A DNA stretch of 64,000 bases from Candidatus Levyibacteriota bacterium (GTDB taxonomy: Bacteria > Patescibacteriota > Microgenomatia > Levybacterales > UBA12049): NCBI GenBank assembly GCA_016199085.1, contig JACQHJ010000002.1, positions 31,000 to 94,999 on the forward strand. The letters run 5' to 3'. The position numbers and the translations under genes are program-made. Below the pieces are notes generated by a model. The model searched no databases. It was not told the DNA's origin and worked only from the letters and a program-made list of their open reading frames with translations. Shown one piece after another: positions 48,427 to 58,106 of this stretch. Each line of letters starts with the position of its first letter. Positions within the stretch are counted from its first letter, which is position 1.

Positions 48427-48435
48427 AAACATAAA

Positions 48436-49170
48436 ATGACTTTACTGCCAATAAGTCTAACCAAAGATTTTATCCCCATCGTAAAGATAGGTCAAAAAGT
48501 GTCAAACGGACAGACTATTGCTAGAAAAAAAGACCAAGGACAAGAAAATATTATTCACCTTAAGGATTTTTCCATTACCCCAAAAGATCTGGAAAGCTCT
48601 CTAAAAAAACATTTAGGAGACGCTGTCATGAAAGGGGAGACGGTTGCTATAAAGAAAAAACTCTTCGGAGGCAAAAAGATACTAAGTGAGGTTGACGGAA
48701 CGATCTCAAAAATTGACGACCAGACCTGCGACGTCTATATCCAAACAGCAAAAAGTGCAAAAGAGGAAACAATAATTTCTCCAGTTGAAGGAACGGTTGA
48801 TTTTTGCAATAATGGACGAATCGTCTTAAAAACAACCAAGACGGTAGTAGCTGCAAAAGATGCTTTTGGTTGGGATGCAACAGGGGAGTTGGTTTTTATA
48901 AAACCTCCCGTAAAGCTTTCCGAAGATATCGAAGGGAAAATCATTGCAGTAGATAAAGCCGACAAGCTTTTGCTTTATAAGGCAATCGGCCTTTCGGCAA
49001 TCGGAATTATCACAAGCGATTTGGAAGAAGTAGATTTTATTGATTTCGAAGAAAGAAAAATAAACGCAGCGATAATGCTTTTAGAAAGACAAGAATTTGA
49101 AAAGCTTGAGAAAATAAATGGTAAAAAAATCCTTTGTGATGTTGAGGGAAAAGCAATAATAATTTTATGA
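48436..49170 (+). CDS. Hypothetical protein
   Basis: 244-aa ORF, host-like composition, overlaps the ctpA start by 4 nt; no motif. Confidence 0.45.
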   Translation: MTLLPISLTKDFIPIVKIGQKVSNGQTIARKKDQGQENIIHLKDFSITPKDLESSLKKHLGDAVMKGETVAIKKKLFGGKKILSEVDGTISKIDDQTCDVYIQTAKSAKEETIISPVEGTVDFCNNGRIVLKTTKTVVAAKDAFGWDATGELVFIKPPVKLSEDIEGKIIAVDKADKLLLYKAIGLSAIGIITSDLEEVDFIDFEERKINAAIMLLERQEFEKLEKINGKKILCDVEGKAIIIL

Positions 49171-50450
49171 AAAGAACAAAAATACTACAAATACTTTTAG
49201 GCTTATTTATAGCTTTTATTTTTGGTTACTATTTTGGCGTCAATAAAGTAACGGTTGACTGGAAAGCGTATAAGCCAAATATCAATATCGTCAGCAAAGA
49301 GCCGCCAAGTGGGATTACAAACATCAACTTCACTCCTTTTTGGACTGTCTGGGAAAAACTTATGGTCAGCTACTATGATAAATCCAAACTTGACCAGCAG
49401 AAAATGCTAAACGGCGCAATTTCTGGAATGGTATCTAGCATAGGCGATCCTTTCACTTTGTATCTTCCACCTATACAAAATAATGATTTCAAAGAAGGTC
49501 TTGCCGGACAGTTCTCAGGCATTGGAGCAGAGCTTGGGACTAAAGATCAGGATATAATTGTCATTTCCCCCTTAGATGGAAGTCCCGCCGAGAAAGCAGG
49601 CATAAAAGCAGGGGATACTATTGTATCTGTTGACGGCCAGAGCACTTCAGGCTGGAACATCTCCCAGGCTGTTGAAAAAATAAGGGGTCCAAAGGGAACA
49701 CAAGTAGCTCTAGGGATTGTTAGAAAAGACGCGACAAAGAAAATTGACTTAAAAATAACCAGAGACATCATCAACGTTAAAAGTGTTGCTATGGAGGTAA
49801 GAACTGCCAATTGTAATGACAAGGAATGTAAGATTACTCCCAAAGCCGAAACTTGTAAGGGGCAAGGATGTACCAGTTTTGTCTATATCAGGCTTTCCCA
49901 GTTTGGCGATAATACCAATCAGGAATGGCTTGGTCTTGTGGGAAGTATTTCCTCCAAGGTTAAAAATGACAAAAATATCAAGGGAATAGTGTTTGATCTT
50001 CGTAACAACCCAGGAGGATATTTAACAGATGCAGCCTTTATTGCTTCTGAATTTTTGGATAAAGGAAAAGCAGTAGTATCCCAGGATAACGGAATAACGG
50101 ATAGATCAACGATGTATGCAACAAGAGAAGGTTTGTTTACGAAAGACAAAATAATTGTCCTAATCAACAAAGGAAGCGCTTCTGCCTCTGAAATAGTCGC
50201 AGGGGCTCTAAGAGACAATAAGAGAGCAACTCTGGTCGGTGAGACCTCATTTGGTAAAGGAACTATTCAGACGGCTGAAGATCTAGGTGACGGAGCAGGG
50301 CTTCATGTAACCATAGCAAAATGGCTTACTCCTCTTGGAACCTGGGTTAACGGCAAAGGGTTGACCCCAGACGTTGAAGTACAATTAGATGCAAAAGATC
50401 CCTCAAGGGATACCCAACTTGAAAAAGGTATACAAGAACTGCTAGAATAG
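49167..50450 (+). CDS. ctpA: Carboxyl-terminal processing protease (S41 family)
   Basis: N-terminal TM, PDZ segment, GIVFDLRNNPGGYL and catalytic Ser/Lys region (NKGSASASEIVAGAL...K). Confidence 0.8.
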   Translation: MKRTKILQILLGLFIAFIFGYYFGVNKVTVDWKAYKPNINIVSKEPPSGITNINFTPFWTVWEKLMVSYYDKSKLDQQKMLNGAISGMVSSIGDPFTLYLPPIQNNDFKEGLAGQFSGIGAELGTKDQDIIVISPLDGSPAEKAGIKAGDTIVSVDGQSTSGWNISQAVEKIRGPKGTQVALGIVRKDATKKIDLKITRDIINVKSVAMEVRTANCNDKECKITPKAETCKGQGCTSFVYIRLSQFGDNTNQEWLGLVGSISSKVKNDKNIKGIVFDLRNNPGGYLTDAAFIASEFLDKGKAVVSQDNGITDRSTMYATREGLFTKDKIIVLINKGSASASEIVAGALRDNKRATLVGETSFGKGTIQTAEDLGDGAGLHVTIAKWLTPLGTWVNGKGLTPDVEVQLDAKDPSRDTQLEKGIQELLE

Positions 50451-50504
50451 GGCCTCAATAAAAATAAAACGCAATTTAGTTCTATTTTTAGAAAGGAAAG
50501 AGAT

Positions 50505-51986
50505 ATGCCAACACCAGAGGTAAACAGGGGATCAAACTCAAGGGGACGCTCAACTGAACATGGTAGAACTGAGCTGGTAAACCAAATGTCTTTGCAGTAT
50601 AAAGTCAGACTGCTTTCAGGACAATTTGATAGCGGAATTCCCTTGGATCGAGTAGCAGCAAGAGACGGAATAAGGCGAAATAATCCAACAGAGACATACC
50701 AACGAATACATGAGAAATGGGGAGAAACAAGGCAAGCTGAATGGGCGGGAGATAGAAGAAGAGATTTCTCCGAAAGACTTACTGCTTGGGCAGGCAGCAG
50801 GGCAAGAGACTTAAAAGATCTTATAGATTCAACCAGTCCTGATGATAGCAATTTTTTCGATGGCCTGGCAACAATTAAATTTACAGGAGATCCTCAAAGT
50901 ACAACCCAAGAAGATATTGCAAGTTATTTTGCTGGAACCTTTTTCCCTGAGTTTGCGGTAAACTCTGACAGAAACGTAGAAGCTGATAAAAGCGTTGGCC
51001 ATTTAGTAGATACTTTTTATCAAGTTGCAGGACCTGATGCAGATGGAAAAATTACCCAAGCAGGAGCAGATAAGGTAATGGATCAAGTCCAGGCTCTTTA
51101 TCGGGTATTAAGGCCAATTTTTAAAGAAGAAAATTATCTAAAATTTGAGGATGTTTTACAGGCACGTTTACATGCAGGATCCGGAAGGCTTAATGAGGCT
51201 AATATAAAAAACGGAGATCCGTCGCAAAAAATGAAACAAGACCTTGGATATTTTGCACCTCAAACACTGTGGGAGGAAAGACCAAGGCCGACAGTTGCGG
51301 TAGGACGGGCTGTCAGACTTGCTGAAGCAGCCGCCGTCGCAGAGCCAACTGGACCTGCAGAAGTCGCCGCAGCGGCAGAGGTTGAGGAAGGTATTGTAGC
51401 AGTAGAGACAAACCCAGAAAATTTATTTGTAGATATAATTAAGGGTGTTGATCAAGCAAATGATGAAGCTAGTAGCGAGACAACATTAGATCTTCCGGCA
51501 GATTCTTTGCTTTCAGGCCAGGGACGTTTGCTTTCAAGGCCTGAGGGATTTATTCAGATAAAAGTAGTTGATTCAGGTGCGCTTGAGGTCGATGAAGACA
51601 ATAACATTGTAAGAACAAGACAAGCCTTACTGGATATTACCAAAGAAGGAGTGACAAGAGGGGGTATTAGGCTTGACGTTTTATTACAACAAGAAGCAGA
51701 GGGTGCACGGATACGAGGTGAGAATATTGAGGAAGATTCAACCCATCCTGACTGGAACAGGCAATTAGTTGAGGAAGTTTTTGCTACGGTTATGCCCTCA
51801 TTTAGACAAAGACTTAATCAAGACATTGTTCACATTGATCCACACTGGAGAGCAGCCAGAGTTGATCTTAACAGAGGAAGATTCAGGATAGGGTTTATTA
51901 AAGAAGATGTGGCACAAGTTCCTCCCTTGCCTTTAGAGAATGACGTTTTTCCAGGACCGGATGATGTCCCAGCAGGAACCTCTTAA
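50505..51986 (+). CDS. Hypothetical large protein, compositionally atypical, with Ala/Glu-rich linker
   Basis: 493-aa ORF between ctpA and htrA; low-complexity AVGRAVRLAEAAAVAEPTGPAEVAAAAEVEEG; weak SD GGAAAGAG; no motif. Confidence 0.4.
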   Translation: MPTPEVNRGSNSRGRSTEHGRTELVNQMSLQYKVRLLSGQFDSGIPLDRVAARDGIRRNNPTETYQRIHEKWGETRQAEWAGDRRRDFSERLTAWAGSRARDLKDLIDSTSPDDSNFFDGLATIKFTGDPQSTTQEDIASYFAGTFFPEFAVNSDRNVEADKSVGHLVDTFYQVAGPDADGKITQAGADKVMDQVQALYRVLRPIFKEENYLKFEDVLQARLHAGSGRLNEANIKNGDPSQKMKQDLGYFAPQTLWEERPRPTVAVGRAVRLAEAAAVAEPTGPAEVAAAAEVEEGIVAVETNPENLFVDIIKGVDQANDEASSETTLDLPADSLLSGQGRLLSRPEGFIQIKVVDSGALEVDEDNNIVRTRQALLDITKEGVTRGGIRLDVLLQQEAEGARIRGENIEEDSTHPDWNRQLVEEVFATVMPSFRQRLNQDIVHIDPHWRAARVDLNRGRFRIGFIKEDVAQVPPLPLENDVFPGPDDVPAGTS

Positions 51987-52021
51987 ACTCTTTTTCAGCT
52001 GTGGTATAATATTCTGACTTC

Positions 52022-53170
52022 ATGAAAAAACTTGGAATACTTTTAATCCTTCTCATTTTTGTCCTGTTTATCTGGGTTGTATTTACAAGTACTTTCCCCA
52101 AATTTCTTTCCAGTCTAAATATTCCCCAGTCTCCAATATCAAAAGAAAGCGTAAAAGTGGTAAAAGAAGAGTCCGTTGTTATAGACGTTGTCAAAAACGT
52201 CGGTCAGTCCGTTGTTACGGTTGTTAGGATTGCTCCAGCTTCAACTAGAAACACTATCGGGTTTGGTCCATTCGGATTCTTCGAAGTACCCCAAGAAAAT
52301 CAGGAAGATCAGGTATCAAGTATAGGATCAGGTTTTATCTTAACCAGTGATGGACTCGTTGCCACAAACAAACACGTCGTCTCAGATACGGGTGTTAAAT
52401 ATCAGGTTGTGACAAGCGATAATAAGACATACGACGTTGAAAAAGTATCAAAAGATCCGCTTAATGACATAGCACTTCTTAAAATAAATCCTAATCAAAA
52501 CCCAGATAAGAAGCTGGCAAGCGTAACGCTTGGCAATTCACAAAGTCTACAGGTTGGCCAGTTTGTAATAGCCATTGGAACTGCACTTGGTGAGTTTAGA
52601 AATACTGTTACAACCGGAGTAATCTCCGGACTTGGCAGGGGAATAACAGCCGGAAGCGCTTTTGAAGGCTTTGTTGAAAAACTTGATAACGTCATCCAAA
52701 CAGACGCGGCAATTAACCCTGGCAACAGCGGAGGACCTTTGGTAAACTCCCAAGGAGAAGTAATCGGGATCAATACGGCAGTATCCCAGTCTGGTCAAAA
52801 CATCGGTTTTGCTCTGCCCATAAATGTTCTAAAAGAAGCCTTATCTAATTTTAACCAAAACGGACAGTTTAACAGACCGTATCTTGGCGTATCTTACGTT
52901 ATGCTTTCAAAACAAGAGGCTGACCTAAATGATCTAGTCGAGGGAGCATATATCCAAAGCGTAGTGAAAGGCTCTCCGGCTGATCTTTCAGGTTTACAAC
53001 CGGGAGACGTAATAACAAGTTTTGACAAAAAGAAAGTAGTAATAGGAGCAAGTGAGCTATCAAGTTTAATTGCCTCTAAAAAAGTAGGGGAAAAGACAGA
53101 TATAATAGTAGTCAGGGAGCAAAAACAGGTTACGCTTTCGGCAACTATTGGTTCCGCTCCAAGTGAGTAA
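52022..53170 (+). CDS. htrA: HtrA/DegP-family serine protease with PDZ domain
   Basis: N-terminal TM, catalytic triad context (HV, DIALLKI, GNSGGPLVN), C-terminal PDZ. Confidence 0.85.
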   Translation: MKKLGILLILLIFVLFIWVVFTSTFPKFLSSLNIPQSPISKESVKVVKEESVVIDVVKNVGQSVVTVVRIAPASTRNTIGFGPFGFFEVPQENQEDQVSSIGSGFILTSDGLVATNKHVVSDTGVKYQVVTSDNKTYDVEKVSKDPLNDIALLKINPNQNPDKKLASVTLGNSQSLQVGQFVIAIGTALGEFRNTVTTGVISGLGRGITAGSAFEGFVEKLDNVIQTDAAINPGNSGGPLVNSQGEVIGINTAVSQSGQNIGFALPINVLKEALSNFNQNGQFNRPYLGVSYVMLSKQEADLNDLVEGAYIQSVVKGSPADLSGLQPGDVITSFDKKKVVIGASELSSLIASKKVGEKTDIIVVREQKQVTLSATIGSAPSE

Positions 53171-53180
53171 AAGACAATAT

Positions 53181-54131
53181 ATGTTTGTAATACAACAAAA
53201 TATCTCCCTTAAGGACTACAGTAATTTTAAAATCGGCGGAAAAGCAAGATATTTTTTGGAAGTAAAAAGCGTAAACGATATCCTAGAAGGAGTTAGAAAG
53301 TGGAGAGAAACCGATATTGAAAGCAATTTTCAAAGAAAATATTTTGTTTTAGGAGGAGGAACTAATGTTTTATTTAATGACGCAGGCTTTGACGGTTTGG
53401 TTATCAAAAATTCCATAGACGAGATTAGAATGGAAGAGGATCTTTTGGTTGTTGGAGCTGGGGTTTTAATGTCAAAGTTATTGGACTACTGTGTAGAAAA
53501 TAGTCTTTCCGGTCTTGAGTGGGCGGGAGGCCTTCCGGGTACCGTCGGAGGAGCGGTCAGAGGCAATGCGGGAGCATACAGGGGAGAAACAAAGGACAAA
53601 ATCGTAGAAGTTGACAGCGTAAACCTCGATACCTTGGAACAGAAAACAAGAACTTATGATCAGTGCCAATTTGACTACAGAACTAGTATTTTTAAAACTA
53701 CGGCCGCAAACGAAGTCATTACTTATATAAAATTCAAATTAACCAAAGGTAAAAAGGAAGAAATAGAAAGTTTAATAGAAGACAAAAAGACAAAAAGAAA
53801 GTTAAGGCATCCTTTAGAGTATCCCAATGTAGGAAGTATATTCAAAAATGTTCCCATAGGAAAGTTTACCAAAGAACAGATAAAACAATTGTCTCAATAT
53901 GTTAAAGACGATCCTTTTGCGGTTATTCCAACCGCAAAAATTAACTTCTTAGCAGGCCTTTCGGGTAAAAGGGTAGGGGACGCCAAGCTTTCAGAGAAGC
54001 ACACCAATTTTATAGTCAACCTTGGCAATGCCAAAGCAGAAGATGTCAAAAAGTTAATTGAAATAATTATAAAAGTAGTTAGGGAAAAGTTTGGAATAGA
54101 ACTGGAACCCGAAGTAATGTTTGTTGATTAG
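53181..54131 (+). CDS. murB: UDP-N-acetylenolpyruvoylglucosamine reductase
   Basis: FAD-binding [34 protein letters not shown] motif region; start at ATG 53181. Confidence 0.8.
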   Translation: MFVIQQNISLKDYSNFKIGGKARYFLEVKSVNDILEGVRKWRETDIESNFQRKYFVLGGGTNVLFNDAGFDGLVIKNSIDEIRMEEDLLVVGAGVLMSKLLDYCVENSLSGLEWAGGLPGTVGGAVRGNAGAYRGETKDKIVEVDSVNLDTLEQKTRTYDQCQFDYRTSIFKTTAANEVITYIKFKLTKGKKEEIESLIEDKKTKRKLRHPLEYPNVGSIFKNVPIGKFTKEQIKQLSQYVKDDPFAVIPTAKINFLAGLSGKRVGDAKLSEKHTNFIVNLGNAKAEDVKKLIEIIIKVVREKFGIELEPEVMFVD

Positions 54132-54808
54132 ACCTTTTTATAGCCTGAAAAATAATCCTGTCTGATATTTTCTTCTTTAACTTTCAGTAATTTCAAAATA
54201 TCAGAAATTTCATCCACCATCGGATCAGGACCCGATACATAAAAAATATGTCTTTTGTTTTTTGTAAATCTTCCCAAAGTCCTTTTGTCAATTTTTTTAG
54301 GAGATAAAAACCAATGAATTTTAAATTCTTTATGAATCTTGGCAGTCTCGTCCAAGCCATTTTTAAAAAGGAAGGATTTTGTTTTGTTTGCATATAGAAG
54401 AGTAATATTGATAGGCTTTTTCTCAAAACTAAGCTGTCTTATTATCGAGACAAAAGGTGTAATTCCTATTCCTCCGGCTATAAAGATAAGTCTTTTTTTT
54501 GGATTTTCGATGACAAAATCTCCATCCGGCCCTTTTGCTTCAATTGTGTCTCCGATTTGCAAATTGTCTAAAGATTTCTTAAAAGAACTGGCGGATTTAA
54601 AGATCCTGGTTGTAATCGTAATGTTTTTTTCAAACGGGGAAGAGGAGATGGTGAAAAATCTCATTTTTCCCCTTAAATCATCATTTTTATGCGAAAGCGA
54701 ATAGATAAGGTACTGACCTGCACTCCATTTGATGGGTCTTTGAGGCTTAAAAGTAAACGATTTAATGTTGGAAACGAGTCTTTTTTTGGAAATTAACTTT
54801 AATTTCAT
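54128..54808 (-). CDS. FAD/NAD(P)-binding oxidoreductase (ferredoxin-NADP reductase-like)
   Basis: RFFTISS (RxYS FAD motif), GGIGITP NAD(P) motif. Confidence 0.65.
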   Translation of the reverse strand: MKLKLISKKRLVSNIKSFTFKPQRPIKWSAGQYLIYSLSHKNDDLRGKMRFFTISSSPFEKNITITTRIFKSASSFKKSLDNLQIGDTIEAKGPDGDFVIENPKKRLIFIAGGIGITPFVSIIRQLSFEKKPINITLLYANKTKSFLFKNGLDETAKIHKEFKIHWFLSPKKIDKRTLGRFTKNKRHIFYVSGPDPMVDEISDILKLLKVKEENIRQDYFSGYKKV

Positions 54809-54843
54809 TTTACAAATATATCAAAGCTTGTTATAAATAAATA

Positions 54844-56544
54844 GTGGAGAATATTTTCTTTGATTTAACTGTTATTATCTGCCTTGCTGCCCTTTTTTCA
54901 ATAATTTTTAGGCTTTTAAAACAACCTGCAATACTGGCATATATCCTAACTGGAATAATTATTGCTCCATTCCACTTCTTTGACGCTTCCAATCAGCCTT
55001 TGCTTTTAGCTTTGTCCCAGGTAGGAATTACGCTCCTTTTGTTTATGGTAGGGCTTGAAATACGAATTACAGAGCTTATGTCTATGGGGAAGATGCTTTT
55101 GCTTTCGTCTGCCTGGCAAATATCTCTTTCGTTTATCCTTGGCTTTTTAATTTCAGCTACTTTAGGTTTTGACCGCCTTTCTTCATTTTATATAGCAACT
55201 GCGATAACTTTTTCAAGCACAATCATTGTCGTAAAGCTTTTGTCGGATCAGCACGAGCTCCATAGTCTTCACGGTAAATTCTCCTTAGGAATACTTCTTT
55301 CCCAAGACGTTGTAGCCATTGTCTTTTTAATGTTTCTTACGGCAGCCGCAAGGGAAAGTCCGTTTTTGGGACCGGTTGGAAATTTTGTTTCGGTTTTGAT
55401 TAAAGGAGTATTAATAATTGCCGCAATTGCGTTTTTGTCCAAAAATATCTTTCCAAAGCTTTTTGAAAGAATTGCCAGAAGCTCGGAAACTCTTTTTTTA
55501 GCAAGTCTTGGATGGGTATTTGGACTGGCAGCGTTTGTTTCTTCCAAGTTTATCGGTTTTTCAATTGAAATAGGGGGATTTTTGGCAGGCGTTGCTCTTG
55601 CAAATTCTTTGGTAAATTATCAAATTATTGCCAAAGCAAAGATTTTAAGAGATTTTTTCATAGTTATCTTTTTTGTACTCCTTGGAATTCAGATGTCGTT
55701 TGCAAACATTGCAGAGATCTTTGTCCCCGCAATTATTCTTTCCCTGTTTGTTTTAATTGCAAAACCGTTTATCGTAATGGTAATTTTAGGGCTTTTAGGA
55801 TACAAAAAAAGAACGTCTTTTTTAACAGGAGTTTCACTTTCCCAAATTTCAGAATTCTCCTTAATTTTAGCCTTTTTAGGTTTAAGCTTAGGCCATATTG
55901 ATCAAAAAACAGTTTCACTTATAACTATGGTCGGTCTTATCACTTTTGCAGTTTCTACATATATGATCACACACTGGAAAACTCTTTATAGAAAATTTGA
56001 AAAGACACTTTCCTTTTTAGAAAAGAAAGATTCACAAAATGAAAAAACACTGGATGAGAGTTCGCTTGAGAGCTTGGATGATCACGTTGTCGTAATCGGC
56101 GGAGATCAAATGGGGGCAAGCGTAATAGAGGCGTTAGAAGATCAAAAAGTCGATATAGTTCTGGTTGATTTTGATCCAACCATTGTTAAAAAGTATGAAA
56201 AAAAAGAGGTTGGGCAAAGGGTATTTTGGCTCTTTGGAGATATTTCGGATTTGGATATCCAGCAAAGAGCAAAACTTGATAATGCCCGGATGGTTATTTC
56301 TACAATTCCCGATATTGAAGACAATTTACTTTTACTTAAAGAATTAAGGCATGAAAATAGACGTGCAAAAATTGTCATGATGGCAATTGAGGGAAAGGAA
56401 GCAAGAACGCTTTATAGGGAAGGCGCGGATTATGTAGTCTTGCCTCATCTGGCAGGGGGCAGACAGATTGCAAAACTGATAGAAGAAAATGCGCTATCAA
56501 AGCTTGAAAAATTAAAGGATAAAGACAAAAAGTACTTAAAGTAA
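54844..56544 (+). CDS. Monovalent cation:proton antiporter (CPA2/Kef-type) with C-terminal TrkA-N (RCK) domain
   Basis: About 12 TM helices followed by a Rossmann-type VVVIGGDQMGASV RCK domain. Confidence 0.75.
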   Translation: MENIFFDLTVIICLAALFSIIFRLLKQPAILAYILTGIIIAPFHFFDASNQPLLLALSQVGITLLLFMVGLEIRITELMSMGKMLLLSSAWQISLSFILGFLISATLGFDRLSSFYIATAITFSSTIIVVKLLSDQHELHSLHGKFSLGILLSQDVVAIVFLMFLTAAARESPFLGPVGNFVSVLIKGVLIIAAIAFLSKNIFPKLFERIARSSETLFLASLGWVFGLAAFVSSKFIGFSIEIGGFLAGVALANSLVNYQIIAKAKILRDFFIVIFFVLLGIQMSFANIAEIFVPAIILSLFVLIAKPFIVMVILGLLGYKKRTSFLTGVSLSQISEFSLILAFLGLSLGHIDQKTVSLITMVGLITFAVSTYMITHWKTLYRKFEKTLSFLEKKDSQNEKTLDESSLESLDDHVVVIGGDQMGASVIEALEDQKVDIVLVDFDPTIVKKYEKKEVGQRVFWLFGDISDLDIQQRAKLDNARMVISTIPDIEDNLLLLKELRHENRRAKIVMMAIEGKEARTLYREGADYVVLPHLAGGRQIAKLIEENALSKLEKLKDKDKKYLK

Positions 56545-56554
56545 TCTATTGAGA

Positions 56555-57457
56555 TTATGAGAGATTAACTTCGTTTTCCTCAAGTCCTTTCATAGCAGAA
56601 GTCACCTTATCCAAGTCTCCTTCCATAATAACTTCGAGATTTGAAAAATTTTTGTTAATCCTGTGATCCGTTAGTCTGTCCTGGGGAAAGTTATATGTTC
56701 TAATCTTTTCGCTTCTCATACCTCTTCCAACCTGGGTTGCTTTAAGCCCTGCTATTTCTCCATGTTTCCTTTCAACTTCTTGTTCCCAAAGTTTGGCACG
56801 TAGCATTTCCAAAGCGATTTCTCTGTTTTGAGCCTGGAATCTTTGCGTCTGGCAGGTAACTATAATGCCTGTAGGTTTATGTTTTAGTCTCACTGCTGTT
56901 GATACCTTATTAACATTTTGCCCTCCGTGTCCACCACTTCTGAAAGCCTCAAATTCAACGTCGTCCGGGTTTACATGTAGGTCAATATCTTCAAGCTCGG
57001 GAAGAACTGAAACTGTGGCTGTAGAGGTATGGACTCTGCCTCTTTTTTCGGTTGTTGGAATTCTTTGAACCCTATGGACGCCAGCCTCAAATTTAAAGAG
57101 TTCAAAAGCGCCTTTGCCCGATACTTTAATAATATCGTCGTCTAAAGCCTCCACCTTAAACCCTTTGGTTTGGGAATATCTTGAATACATTCTCAAAAGT
57201 TCCTGACCCCAGTTGGTTGCTTCATCTCCGCCTGCAGCACCACTTGCCTGGATAATAACGTTTCTTTCATTTAAATCTTCACTAGAAGTTTCTTTACTGT
57301 TTGCCTCAAAGGTAGCCAAAATGTCCTGCTTCTGTTTTTCAAGACTTTCTATCTCTTCCTGGGCAAGTATTGACAATGAAGGATCATTTAAAAGAATCTT
57401 TGTTTCTTCAATTTTTCTGTCAATTTGGGCAATTTGTACTTGTCTGTAATCTTCCAT
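56555..57457 (-). CDS. prfA: Peptide chain release factor 1 (short, 300 aa)
   Basis: GGQ motif [14 protein letters not shown] (PxT, RF1-type) tripeptide in [14 protein letters not shown]; no frameshift site. Confidence 0.75.
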   Translation of the reverse strand: MEDYRQVQIAQIDRKIEETKILLNDPSLSILAQEEIESLEKQKQDILATFEANSKETSSEDLNERNVIIQASGAAGGDEATNWGQELLRMYSRYSQTKGFKVEALDDDIIKVSGKGAFELFKFEAGVHRVQRIPTTEKRGRVHTSTATVSVLPELEDIDLHVNPDDVEFEAFRSGGHGGQNVNKVSTAVRLKHKPTGIIVTCQTQRFQAQNREIALEMLRAKLWEQEVERKHGEIAGLKATQVGRGMRSEKIRTYNFPQDRLTDHRINKNFSNLEVIMEGDLDKVTSAMKGLEENEVNLS

Positions 57458-57472
57458 TGTCAGAAGGTTTAT

Positions 57473-57763
57473 CTATTGAACTTCTAAAAGCATTTCTCGA
57501 AGAGTCTTGGGGGAATTGTCTTTTTTAGCTTCTTTTTTTGCCTTCTTGGTTACATGAAGACTTGCTACTTCCTGTTTTTTCTGGAATTTCTGAATTCTTG
57601 AAGCACTGTCAACAAATCTTTGCTCACCTGTATAGAAGGGGTGGCATTTGCTACAGAGTTCCACATGAATAACTTCAACAGTTGAACCTGTCGTAAACTT
57701 ATTTCCGCATGCACAAATTACCTGCGCGTTCTCAAAATATTGTGGGTGAACTGCAGCTTTCAT
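57473..57763 (-). CDS. rpmE: 50S ribosomal protein L31
   Basis: MKAAVHPQY...CACGN...[10 protein letters not shown] zinc-ribbon L31 signature. Confidence 0.8.
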   Translation of the reverse strand: MKAAVHPQYFENAQVICACGNKFTTGSTVEVIHVELCSKCHPFYTGEQRFVDSASRIQKFQKKQEVASLHVTKKAKKEAKKDNSPKTLREMLLEVQ

Positions 57764-57840
57764 TAAATACAATTATACCTTAATTTGAGGGTATTTACAA
57801 GACAATTATTATAAAACCCACTCGGGTTACTATCCTATAG

Positions 57841-57868
57841 TTGACATATGTGGCAGATTTGATATAAT
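57841..57868 (+). promoter_or_regulatory. Consensus sigma-70-type promoter TTGACA-16 nt-TATAAT
   Basis: TTGACA at 57841-57846, 16-nt spacer, TATAAT at 57863-57868; perfect hexamers in an intergenic region. Confidence 0.55.
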
Positions 57869-57875
57869 CTTTTTT

Positions 57876-58079
57876 ATGAAATTAACAGCTGAGACAAGTG
57901 CAGGCAGAAGCATTCCTCATCCGGCAATAGTTGCCAATGAGACCTATTTAATAAGATTAAATAGTTTATCGCATAGAACACCAGTAAACCCTGCATTAGA
58001 AGTAGAGCAGATGGTTCGTTCTGCTAGGTCAGGAGGACCGGTAGGCCCAACCACGGACGTATTTAAATACACAAGATAA
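57876..58079 (+). CDS. Small ORF (67 aa), compositionally atypical, apparently leaderless; alternatively a small RNA
   Basis: ATG 7 nt after the -10 hexamer, so the predicted TSS coincides with the start codon; no SD; Arg/Pro/Thr-rich. Confidence 0.3.
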   Translation: MKLTAETSAGRSIPHPAIVANETYLIRLNSLSHRTPVNPALEVEQMVRSARSGGPVGPTTDVFKYTR

Positions 58080-58106
58080 ATAATCTACTGTTTCTTCTTT
58101 AATGTC

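Noticed and set aside
56555-57457. RF2 with programmed +1 frameshift
   Set aside because: The protein has the RF1-type PxT tripeptide (PTT), not SPF, and reads as one uninterrupted frame. It is called prfA with no frameshift.
57990-58070. Possible SRP (4.5S) RNA: GGTCAGG and AGCAG strings in the 57.8-58.1 kb intergenic region
   Set aside because: The AGCAG and GGUCAGG elements are in the opposite order to domain IV of SRP RNA, and the GGAA-type tetraloop context is missing. I also compared tmRNA, RNase P RNA and 6S RNA consensus features by eye and found no match.
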